DNA of 64,000 nt, taken from assembly GCA_012295275.1 (NCBI GenBank), contig CM022678.1, forward strand, positions 19,840,001 to 19,904,000, given 5' to 3'. Shown piece by piece: positions 39,129 to 51,257 of this stretch (position 1 is its first letter; each line of letters starts with the position of its first letter). Source of the stretch: Chrysomallon squamiferum. Its lineage: Eukaryota; Animalia; Mollusca. Under the pieces are notes generated by a model. That model had not been told where the DNA came from. It saw nothing but the letters and a program-made list of their open reading frames with translations, and did no database searches. The position numbers were made by a program, and so were the translations under genes.

Positions 39129-42100
39129 CTGTCTGTTTCTCAGTCTGTACGTTCAGGAATCATTTTTTTCCACAACTTTGGATAGTGAAATTGTGCAAAA
39201 CATCTTAGAAATTGTCTCAGAAAATATTTGAGCAAATTAAGTCACAATACTTTATAACATTCACTTCATATGTTTAAGTATATGCATGTAAATAAATATT
39301 TAAAGACCATATTAAAAATAACTACAACCACACACACCTACATATATACATGCACACATTCACATATACAAATACACAGAGACACATACAAACACACACA
39401 TACAAACACCTACACACATTCTGAAGTACAGACCTGCACACACACCCATACATATGTACATTTCTACACACAAATACATACAGATACAGCAGGATTTTCA
39501 GATGAAATTTCATTCATCACCTTGAGCGTCTGGTTTTCTCTGTCCTTCTCCTCCATGCTGACATTGCTCACTGAGTATCGTTTCTCCAGCTCTCTCTTCT
39601 CCACGTCTATCAGACTGAGCCTGTCCTCCATGTCTCTCTGTGTGTCCTGTAGCTGATCCACTGCATCACACAGCTTCAATCAAACAAAAACTTCATTAAA
39701 ACTTCAATAAAAACTTCATTATCATTTCAGACAAAACTTTCTTTATGACTTCAAACTAGTAAAACTTCATTATATCTTCAAATAAAAGTTCATTATCATT
39801 TCAGACAAAACTTTCTTTATGATTTCAAACCAATATAACTTTATTAAAACTTCAAATAAAACTTCATTGTAACTTCAAATAAAAGTTCATTATGATTTCA
39901 AACAAAAATGTCTTTAAGACAAACAAAAAAAAACTAAAAGACATCAAAAGACATTCAAGACAAAACATTGTTAAGACTTCAAATAAAACTTCATTATAAC
40001 TTCAAATCAAAATTCATTATGATTTCAAACAAATATGTCTTTAAGACAAACAAAAAAAAACTGCATTAAGACATCAAACACAGACTTCAAATAAAACTGC
40101 ATTGATTTCAGACAAAAATTTCTTCATGACTCCAAACTAGTAAAACTTCATTATAACTTCAAATAAAACTTCATTATGATTTCAGACAAAAATGTCTTTA
40201 AGATGTTGCACAAATAAAAGTGCATAACTTTGTTAAGAATTTAAAACAAACAAAACTTCTTTTATAACTTGAACAAAAAAAACTTTGCATTAAGACTTCA
40301 AACAAAAACTGTGTTAAGACTTCAAAAACAAAACTTATTCATGACTTCAAACAGAAATTTCTTTAAGACTTCGAACAAACAAAATTTCATTATAATTTCA
40401 AACAAAAATTTCTTTAAAACTTTGAACAAACAAAACTTAATTATGTCTCGAAATAAAATATTTATAAAATCATAACTTCATTAACACTTTAAACAAAATT
40501 TCATTAACAATTCAAATAAATGTCATTAATACTTCAAACTAACAAAATTCCATTAAGACTTCAAACAAACAAAAAGTTCATTAGTACTTCAAACCAAAAA
40601 TTTCATCAACAAGAAAACTTCTGAAACAAATCTTCATTAACACTTCAAAGAAACAAACTTCATTAAGAGTAGAAACTAATATTTCTTTAAGACTACATAT
40701 AACCTAAAAGAACAGATTTTAAATTTAAATTCATTAAAACTTTAAAAAAAAATAATAAAAAAAATTCAAAAAAAATTCAGTAAAACCTCAAACAAACAAA
40801 AACTTCCTTAAAGACCATTTACAAATTCTAATAAACCAAAATCTGAGTACTGCTTTAAACAAAACCTTCATTAACGCAATACAGGGGTGCCTGTTTTTAG
40901 CAGACTCCAAGGTTGAGTGGTCACTTATGATTTAATAGAAATTCTCCTCAGACTTGATTTTGTTTTTTCATCAGATTAGCAGACAATATATTTTTTTAAA
41001 TTACTGTTCTACTGCTAAAGCACACAGTCACATCAATTTAGATTTGTTTTTTTCCAGAATAAATAATTTTGTTGTTGAAAAGCAGCTATATACAACATTT
41101 TGTAAAATATAAATATACCTTCTGCTTATTTTACGAGTTTTATGATGTGCAAATTATATTTTATTTACATCCATCAGCGACTTCAATGTGTTTGCAGTTG
41201 TGTTATAGGAGAAAGCCTTGATGCTTGCTGTGATAATGCAGTTTGTGATGGATGTGAATAAAGGTGTTAAATATCTTATTAAAAACTGTCTGTAATTTTT
41301 GTCCCTCTGAAAAGAGGACACCTGTTAAATAGGGACACTTTAGCTCAGCGAACCGCTGTCCCTACAAGACAGGCACCACTGTATTCAACTTGAAACTAAA
41401 CTTCACTGTGACTTAAACAAACAAAATCTTCATTAAAACTTCAATAAAACATTAATTACTGGAAAAAAAAAATTCTTTCTTGCTTTTTGGGACACAGATA
41501 GAAAAATTATGTTTAAAATTTTGAACGTTGAGGATTTTTCTAACCCACAATCCTAAACATCAATTATTTTCGAAAAGATTACTTTTTAAACTAAAATCAA
41601 ATGAAATATATTTATATATCGGTAAACACAATGAAACAAAAATAAAAAAAATTCTTAAAAAGAAAGCATCTGAGAAGAATTTTCACCTGTTTTTTCAGGG
41701 TGTTTATTCTCACTTCTGCATTGGACAGAGCCACTGCACTCTTGTCTATCTCGGACTTTGCCTCCAACAGCTGTGTGTCTTTTCTGACCATCTCCATCTC
41801 CAGCCTGTCCTTGACCTTCTTCAGCTCCACAATTTCTTCTGTCCACAGCCGCTTTTCCTTCGCGTGGTTCTCTGAAAAATAAAAATCACACGAAATTAGC
41901 TTTAAATTTAACAAAAGTGAAATGTCAAATTTAAAACACAAATGATATTAGTATTTCTGTTTAATTTTTTTCTACAATTAATTAATTAATTAATTTATTT
42001 ATTTATTTATTTATCTATTGTTATTAGGAAAATAATTTGTTTATTTATTTATTTTTATAAGAATATAATCATCTTAAGGCAAATAAAAACTTTTCCAAGA

Positions 42101-42579
42101 AATTATCAGCTAATATTTTTAACCCAACAGTCTGTAATATAATAATAAATGGCAGAATTAAAAAAAAATATATATAATTCATGTTAAAATCATCACTTTT
42201 AAATAAAAAAATATATATATATATATATATATAAAAATATATATATATATATAAATCAAAGCATTATGTACTAAAAGAAAAACAATACATAAAGTTCATA
42301 TATAAATAAAATAAAATAAAAAAAAGAAAATAAAGAAATAAATTAATAAGTAAATAAATAATAAATAAATAAATATATAAATTATACCAGACTGTTCTTT
42401 CAGTTTTGAATTAAGACTGTCTTTCTCTTGCAGTGAAAGTTCAATAATCGTGTTTCTTCTTTTCAGTTCCTGCTGCATTTCATACATCTGTTTTTCCATC
42501 AACTACAACAACATCATATTTTATTTATATTTTCATCAGCTGTAATAATCTATTATTGTTACCACACTACTACCACTGC

Positions 42580-42631
<52 letters not shown>

Positions 42632-42713
42632 TCTTTGTTTTTTTTACTACTACTATTATAAAAAGTGTAGGTGCAAAGGTAGATATGTATATCTCTGTAT
42701 GTATGTATTGTAA

Positions 42714-42746
<33 letters not shown>

Positions 42747-42821
42747 CATGGATTTATGTGTGTATGGATGTATGTTTGTACATATCTTTGTACATTTCTC
42801 TCTCTCTGTATATGTGTAAAA

Positions 42822-42862
<41 letters not shown>

Positions 42863-45109
42863 AAAACACCCATCAGACACACATGAAAAGGTTCATTAAA
42901 ATAAAAAACATGAACTAAATAAACTAAATAAAAATAAATAACAAATAAATAAATAAAACAATAAATAAATTCAATACAGCATGAGATACATTACAAATAT
43001 TTTTCATTTTTTTTTTCGTTTTTTTAAATCTTGTTCGGTTAACAGATTACAATTTCACTTTCAATACTTAGTCACTAAGTCAGACTAATCTAGTGACACT
43101 AATCTAGTAAAAACTTACTTTAAGCTTGGCTAGCATCCTTTCTGCCTCAGCTGTCATTTTTGGCTGTTTTTCATTTGCCTTGTTCGCCTGATCACGAGTG
43201 AAACGAGTCAAGGAAACAAAAGCTAACACGAATTTAATCATAAATTACAATTAAATACAGGTGGTTTTTTTCTTGTATTATCTTCTGTTTAATTTTGATG
43301 GTAACAAAAGCTAACACGAATTTAATCATAAATTACAATTAAATACAGGTGTTTTTTTTTCTTGTATTATTTTCTGTTTAATTTTGATGGTAACAAAAAC
43401 TAACATGAATTTAATCATAAATTACAATTAAATACGGTGGGTTTTTTTCTTGTATTATCTTCTGTTTAATTTTATGGTAAATACACGAAGGAACATCAAA
43501 ATTAAACAGAAATAATGCAAGGTTTTTTATATATATATTATTTTCTGTTTAATTTTAACTACAAAAATATTCTAAAATTTAACATAAATCTAAAAATAAA
43601 AACTCATAATTTTCCAAAAGGAATTTTTGATTAATTAATAAATAGGTGTTTTTTTTTTTATTATGAAAACATGAATTTAATCATAAATTACAATTAAAAA
43701 AAGTTTTTTTTTGCTGATACAACAAATTTTAAATTAAAAGCTAAAAATTTCTAGTATATTAGGATATAGATAGTTATTTTCTGTTTAAGTTCTGGGAAAT
43801 AAATTTTGTTGCTGAAGATTTTTGATGTATTCAGCTTCAATGGTGTTCAGATCTCCAACAAAAGCTTTTGTATGATTTTTCTAAAAATAGAATTAATATA
43901 TTTTAATCCATTTTTATACTGAACATCAAAAAAAACATTTTGGATTATGAACCATTTTAATGCTTACAAACTATAAATATTCTAAAATTAAAAAATATAA
44001 AATTACAAAACATAGATGACATAATTATAATAAAAATTATAACTTTTTCTGAAAAATCTTTACTGCCATCAATTGTGTATTGTTTTGTTTTGTTTGTTTG
44101 TTTATAATATTATACAGTGATTGAAATATCAGTGCACATGAAAATAATTGCAGTTTATTCCATAATCCATACCTTTACAGTTTATGTAACTTTCAGTATT
44201 CATTTTAAAATAAACATTTTTAATATTACAAAAAGAATTAGCATAGTACATTGCAATAATTTATATAAATTACATTAACTATTTGAAAAATTTCTTAACC
44301 AAAGTTTTGATATGTTTTTTCTATATAATTTTTAGTGATTGAAATATACTGTTAATAATTTTTCATGAACTATCTCTAAATATCATGTCTAAATATTAAT
44401 TTTTTACAAGATATCTGTTATCAGTATTCTTTTGTTTTGCTTGTTTTTTTCTTAGGTTATTTAACTGTTTTTATTTATTTTATTATTTTTATTATTGTTA
44501 TAATTATTATTACTTATTTTTTTTTCTTTTCTGGTTATTGTTGATAAACTTACCCTGTAATTGAAACTGGCATAGACTTTTTCATCTGACTAAGAGGTGG
44601 GACACTTTTCCTAAAAACATTTGAACCCTTGTGATAGCCTAGAAGTAAAAAAAAAAAAAAAAAAACATAACATTAAAAAACAAAACAAAATTTAAAATAT
44701 TTCTGGAAATATCCTAATCAGAATGAATAAGTCTGTTATTGATTATTATGAAAAATATTCAAAATTAATATTCCAAACATCTGCACAGCAACAGGGACAG
44801 TGTGAGGATGAGACAGTGGGAGAGAGAGAAAAGGGCATAAAGACAGACAGACACACAGACAATCATTTCCACCACATATTAATATAACAAGCCTTGTATT
44901 TTATTTACATCAAGTTTTTACTTTTACTTATTCTTAACTGGAAATCTAATGCTAGATAAATTTAACTGTTACTGTTGATTATATAAAATAATCATGAATT
45001 ATGAATATAAATTTGTTAATTATTTAATACCTGCACTACGGCTAAAATCCATGCTTCGTGCTGGAGATGGACTTCTTGATCTTAGCGATGCTCCCCACCT
45101 CTCTGCCAT
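30115..45109 (-). CDS. Uncharacterised long coiled-coil protein (possibly centrosomal/ciliary), 11 coding exons
   Basis: Exons 45031-45109 (MAERWGASLRSRSPSP), 44554-44638, about 43768-43880 (DLNTIEAEYIKNLQQQ, frameshifted in this sequence), 43119-43197, 42388-42502, 41687-41871, 39521-39673 (acceptor position uncertain), 35970-36131, 32971-33768, 31089-31256, 30115-30330 (QSQKWEEFGRLAESMRTLS). E/K/R/L/Q heptad-rich; phases are continuous except around exon 3. Confidence 0.8.
31276..32080. repeat. 54-bp minisatellite with higher-order duplications
   Basis: AAATATCAGTAGTGTGACAGAATTACTCTGTACCAT(A/C-rich) x8, then two longer blocks. Confidence 0.95.
34640..35220. repeat. Diverged tandem repeat of about 60 bp
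   Basis: TTCAA(A/G)TTCTTCTTTTAAATACAAGATCCATTTTTCAAAA recurs at exact 60-bp spacing over 34681-34860, with older copies on either side. Confidence 0.8.
35690..35969. repeat. 38-bp minisatellite (GAGTAACACCCCTGTACTGAGCCCAATCTAGCTGTTCT)
   Basis: About 6 near-perfect copies plus degenerate ones, abutting a donor site. Confidence 0.95.
36132..38890. repeat. About 2.75-kb minisatellite, unit about 36 bp (AACACAGTAAAATACAGTGTTATTACTAACACACAC) with a variant unit
   Basis: Directly visible tandem array starting at the acceptor of exon 35970-36131. Confidence 0.97.
39674..41460. repeat. Degenerate minisatellite of about 22 bp (AAACTTCATTAAGACTTCAAAC-like)
   Basis: Dozens of diverged copies; interrupted by the MITE at 40882-41381. 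Confidence 0.8.
40882..41381. mobile_element. Non-autonomous Tc1/mariner (pogo-like) MITE, 500 bp
   Basis: TA|CAGGGGTGCCTGT ... ACAGGCACCACTG|TA: terminal inverted repeats with a TA target duplication; interrupts a degenerate minisatellite. Confidence 0.7.
43198..43767 (-). other. U12-type (minor spliceosome) AT-AC intron
   Basis: Minus strand: exon ...AACTATCT|ATATCCT donor; branch site TTCCTTGAC at 43207-43215, then TCGTTTCAC| acceptor. The join gives NYL-RDQANKA in frame. Confidence 0.85.
43217..43700. repeat. 88-89-bp tandem repeat filling the U12 intron
   Basis: CAAAAGCTAACACGAATTTAATCATAAATTACAATTAAATAC.. at 43217, 43305 and 43394, then decaying copies. Confidence 0.9.
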
Positions 45110-45526
45110 TGTTCTTTATAAACTGATAAAGTATTTTGAAAATTAACACGCTCAAAATAATTAAATTTTAACTTCTGGAATTATGTTATTAATAAAACGA
45201 AAATATATGTCTTTTTATGAAAGTGTCAGATTCAAATGAATTTCAGTACGTATTACCAATTTATTACTAATTGTTTGATCACAATGCTACATCATATCAA
45301 TATTTAGTGTCTATCTAAAGATGATTTGTTTACTAAAAGGTAAAGCACTGTTGAACATTTTTGACATTAGCAAACAAGTTGTAACGCAGCAAACAGTTAA
45401 CCGGCAACATTACATACTAATGACTATATCGGTTTTCCCGTTTGTATTTCTTTTCATAAGACTTCACATCACTATTTTTCTAATTCTGCTCAACATTTAT
45501 TATATATAAGCATTTATTATTATTAT

Positions 45527-45584
<58 letters not shown>

Positions 45585-46039
45585 ACAATTTTAAAAATAT
45601 TTTTAAAAAGTTATTGTTTTTCTTTTCGTTTATTTGGAAACTGCCAAATATGAAATTACTTTATATAATGGCAAACGTTTTGTATGTATCATAATTTTAC
45701 AAAGGTGGTATTTATAACAAATTCTATCAGAAATAATTAATTATTTATAGCAGATTTTGTTTTCAAAAAGCCTGCAACTTTTTAAAATATTATAATTTAT
45801 ATTTACTCATGCTTTGCATTTGTGAGTTGTTTTTTAGATAGTAGTTTACAATCTAAGCAAAGTTGGAATAAAATTAAATATATGTATATATATTTCATAA
45901 AAATGTTCCTATGACATAATTTAATTTTCATATAATATATATATTTTTAAACGAAATATAACATTAAGTATATATTTTGGTAATTATACATATTGGTTTT
46001 GTCACAGCTTTATATGTTAAGAAGGTCAAGGACGAAATC
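45110..46039. promoter_or_regulatory. Divergent promoter region between the coiled-coil gene and VPS11
   Basis: Head-to-head ATGs separated by 930 bp; X-box-like GTTAACCGGCAAC at 45396-45408 with nearby forkhead-like CAAACA/TGTTTAC motifs. Confidence 0.5.
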
Positions 46040-49000
46040 ATGGCCTTTCTACAAGTAGGCGTATAATTAATTTATATAAAATTCACATTCGCTTTAACAT
46101 TTTAGAATATACAGATCTGTTTTTTCTAAGATTATAAGAATAAACTTATTGGGATATTTATTTAATTTTTAAATATTATGCTAAACACAATAAATAAATA
46201 TAATATTTGAATACCAGAAACTGATGTGTTTTCGATAACAACATTCACTTCAGTTATTCATGAGAATTACTAAATCATGATTAATCAAACGGAAATAAAA
46301 CATTTCAAGTGTGTTTTATAATTTATTTGATCTAAATTCAAACGGGGGTATAATTATTAAAAAATAATAGATTTTAAAAATTAGGCGATTTTATTTCCAG
46401 AAAATTTGGTTTAATTTTTTTTTTACGTACACTTACAATTGTTTACTTGTTACATTATGGTTATCTGCAAAGAAAGAATTGATTATATATCTAAATAACA
46501 TCATTGTTTTACAATGTCCCTTACCAGCCTCCACTGCACAGTAGTAAACCATAAATAACCATTACATTAGAGCCATTTCTGGTTGTAAACCAAAGCGAAT
46601 TAGATGACAAAACTTGTGACTAAAACATCTTCTTACTGACATAAATACTATCATGGAGTAGACAATCAAGATTCAGGTTTTAACAAACCAAGATTATCAC
46701 ATGACATTAGATTTAAAAATGTCATGATTATTGGTTGATCAAATCTAAAGATCTGATCATGTTTAAGTCACTTACATATTGATACTGGACCATTTTGTTA
46801 TTGCTCAGTGAAGATTAAATAATTAAAAGAAGAATACTAATTAACCATAATTTCTTAGAAGCTAATTCTAATGTATTTGATACGTTTCAGTTACTTTAAG
46901 GTTGTTTATTTATTTATTGATTTATTAATGTTTTGACATTAAATATTAAATAAAAGAGTTTCAAATGAAAGCGACATTATAAACTGTTTTAAATAATATT
47001 AACTGTTAATCAGCTTTTCCTATTACTTGTGTATAATGGTTTGTCACAGATAATTTTAAAGTTGAGTTTGTGTATTTGTGTCTGGATCTACTTCATTAAT
47101 CATGTTTATAATTTTATTCATAATGTAAATAATCTGTGTAATATAAATTTATATAATATTTAAGTACATGCATATCTTTAAATCTCGGGAGACCACAAGA
47201 AAATGAAAACTCTTATTTCCACTGAAAGTGTAATAAAGTATGAAATTTCATTTAGTCAGTGTCAGCTTTAAATTACTGGCTACAGTACAGGAAGACCAGT
47301 TTTTGCATGTTTATTTTTCTGTTAAATAACCATGCTTTGTTTTTTGGTTTATACTTAACAAAAAATGTAATATATCCCAGAATGCCTCTGATATCTCAGT
47401 TCTAAATTACAGTGGCGAAGATTCAATTTCTTTGACAAGGAAGCAGTGAAAGATCCTGAAACTGACCAAATTTTCAATCAATTAAAGGTAAAAGAAATTT
47501 AAAATATGTAATAATATGATTATTTATTTGACATTAGTTTTAATCAAGATGTATAGTAATAATGTATAATTTGTATCACTTTCATCTTCATTATTCATTA
47601 CCATCTTCATTATTCATCTTTACCAATAGTAGATCATATTCCTAAAATGTTTATATATATCTGTAAACAATCTGTCACTATGTTTTTGTTTATATATTGT
47701 ACGTATTGATTGTGTTTGTATGTGTGTGTGTGAATGTGTGTAATGATTATGTGTGTATTGAGTATGTGTGTTTATGTGTATGTATTGAGTGAGTATGTGT
47801 GTTTGTGTGTGTGTATTGAGTGTGTGTGTGTGTGCGTATGTGATTTGGTATGAGTGCACAATCATCCACATTCACATATATATGTACAGTTACCTTAATT
47901 ACATTAACCAAAAAAATTAGAAACAAATAATTTTATAAAACCACACAGGTTATATCAGAACGATTTGTTACTAAAACTGTTTTGTTTTAAACATGCAGGA
48001 TGTCAATGTGTCAGTCTCTGAAAGTGGGCGTGGCCAGCTGGTGATTGGCGACCATGAAGGAAACATGTATTTCATTAATCGACATTTCGACATGTCGATG
48101 TTCAAGGCTTACGAGATTCGAGTCACTCACCTGTATCAGATGAAGCATCATAATATTCTTCTGTCAATTGGAGTAAGTCGGTTTGTTGAGTTGTTTTTTA
48201 TTTTTTTATTTTTTTTCAATAAACTTATGAATATTAATTTGTTGTGAGAATGAAGTCACGTTCTTACAAGTCAGTCAGTTTTTATGAATATAAAGAAACA
48301 AGTTTTTGTGCATCAACAAACTGATAATTTGATGAATAAATAAATACATGAAAATGCAGTACAAAAAAAATGCATTAGACAAAATCAGTTGTTGTGAATA
48401 AACCCACTGCTGAATGTAATGTTTTACCGTAAGTTGGTCTGTTATCTTTTCTTTTTAATTTTTCAACAAACTTATGAATATTCATCTTTTGTGAAAAACA
48501 AGTCGGTTTGTTTCATTTTCATTTTAATTTTTCAATAAGCCAATCAGTGTTTTCTGGACACTCAAATGCAATTTGATGAATAAATGTATAAAATAAAAAA
48601 TATAAAAATAATAAGTAAATAAATCAATCAATAAATAAAAATGAAAAGAATAAATAAATGAATATACAGTATTGATCAGTAAATATTAGAAGGAATAATT
48701 AGTATGGATACAATGAATGTATAATGTTTTGAAAAACCCAAACAGTAATTTAATATCCAATAACGGATATTGATTAAATAGTGAAAAATAAATATCATAA
48801 ATATAAAATTATATTTGTTTGTTTGTTTGTTTATTTTAGGAAGATGAACAGGGTGTGAATCCAAGTATAAAAGTCTGGAATCTTGATAAGGTAAAAAAAA
48901 AAATTTAAATAATATTTTTGATTAAACAAAATTAAGATCTATTATCTGTTGGAAAATTTACCTGAAATGCTTCTGTTATAAATTATAGTTTTGTGTTTTA

Positions 49001-51218
49001 ATTATCTTTTTTTCTTTTTTTTTTTTTTCATTTTGTTGAATTGTTGTTAACTTTTTTGACTCAGTGGAATTTTAATTTTCATTTGAGTAATGTTATTTGA
49101 TAAAGGCTGAAGTTTTTGTTTGTATTTTCAAATTTTTTATTTATTATTAATGTTTAGCATTTTTGTTTTAGATGGATAATGGAGTGCCACATTGTACTAG
49201 AATAACAAGAGCAATCCCAGGCAACAAACCAACTCCAGTAATCTTTAAAAACACTCTCATTTTATTAAATAATAGTAGTAGTAGTAGTAGTAGTAGTAAT
49301 AGCAGCAGCAATTGTAGTAGTAGTAGTAGTAAGAGAAATAATATTAGTGTTAATAGTAGTAAATATTAGTAGTAATAGTAATAATATTAATATTAATAGT
49401 AGCAGTAGTAAATATTAGTATTAATAGCAATAGTGACAATAGAATTATTAGTGATAGTGATAGTACAAATAGTGGATGTAGTGATAGTAGTAAGTACTAG
49501 TAACAGTAGTAGTAACAGAAATAGTAATAGAAATAATAGTGGTAGTGACAATAATAGTAAAAGTTGTTGTAGTAGCAGTAATAGTAATAGTGGTAATAGT
49601 ATTTCATTAATCGAAATTTTGAACTGTCACTCACTTGTATACAGTAGTAATTTATATTAATTATAATAATGGGGCAGTAATAATCAAACATACACAGTAG
49701 TAAATCACAGTATAATGATGCTGATGATAATGGAAATTAAAATAAAAAATAAAGATTCCAAAATTATTTATCATTATTTATTTATTTATTTAAATATTTA
49801 TTTTGCATATCCATAGGTCACCTGCGTAAGTGTTCATGAAAATCTCAACTTCATGGCTGTCGGCTTTGAGAACGGTGTTGTGGTTGTTTTCAAGGGTGAC
49901 GTAACTCGAGACAGGTGGGTGTTTTATTTTCATCAGATTACAGTCGCCAGTAAATTAGTGATTTGTACCCATCCTGGCCTTAGGTGGGGGAAATGGTACA
50001 ACAGACCACACCCACTTTACCTGCAGCTATGTGGCTTTTTATAGGTTGAGATTTTTGTCTCTAAATCTAATAAAATATATCTGATGTTGCCTATAGTTTA
50101 GAATTACTTTAAAATAATATTTACATATTTTATTTATGGACTGATAATAATAATAATTTGCCTGTTTTATTTACTGAATAATAATATTTATGTCATTCAT
50201 TTTAATAAAAGAAGAATAATTTTCATAATTTGTTTATGGAATTATGTTATAATGATAATATTTAATAATTTTGTTTGTAAGAGTAAATACATATCTTTTT
50301 CCCTCTTTGTTTTTTTTATTTATAAATTTTATTTACAGTAGAACCATATTTGCATGCTTATATTAAAACAATAATCTTTACATGCTTACATTGCAAAATT
50401 AATAATGTTTAGCCATTTCAATTGCACAATAATTTTCTTTGTGTATTTTTTTATATAATATTTATTTGTTTCATAGACACAGCAAATCAAGAACAGTGTA
50501 TGAAAGTAACAAATCAATTACTGGCCTTGCTTTCAAGTGTGGAGGAAAAGATATCATTCTATTTATAACAACAGAGTCGGCCATTTTGTCTGTCAACATC
50601 ACAGCTAAAGATCAGAGGGTATCGATCACTTTAAATAATTGATGTGCTAATGTATTGATTTATTAAATCTAGTGAACTGATAAAGTTCCATTGGCAAAAA
50701 AAAATGTTGTGTTATTCTGTGGTTAGAATAACATGTTTTCGGATACAAGATCAGTCCTTCTTATAGGTTTGTTACACAATTTCCCATTCCAAACAATAAT
50801 CTACACCAGCTGTAATTTTTAAAACATTTTGAAATTATTCTATTATTTAGCACTTTCATTTTAATTCTTTTTTTTACTTTCTTTAAATTTTATTTTGTTT
50901 TTGTTAATTTTACTTTTTTTTATTTTTTATTTTTTTTTATTCTTTCAAGACAACTCTGGAGAATTTTGGTGCCAAGCTTAGATGTTCTGTGATGTCAGAT
51001 GCCAGTCAAGATAACCAGCTTGTGATTGGTCGACCAGATGTAAGCTGTGTTTTTATTGGTCACATCTTAGACATTTCTTCTGAGTGACTAACCATGTTAA
51101 CTTTTTCAATGTTTTTATTTTTATTATTAAGAGAAGATTTTTGTAACCATTTTCCATGACAAACATTATCATTATTTTCATTGTCATCATTCATTTCCTT
51201 CTTCCTCTTCTTTGTTTC

Positions 51219-51257
<39 letters not shown>

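Noticed and set aside
30115-45109. Naming the coiled-coil gene (for example ODF2-like or a CCDC)
   Set aside because: No diagnostic motif recognised with confidence, and coiled-coil similarity is non-specific.
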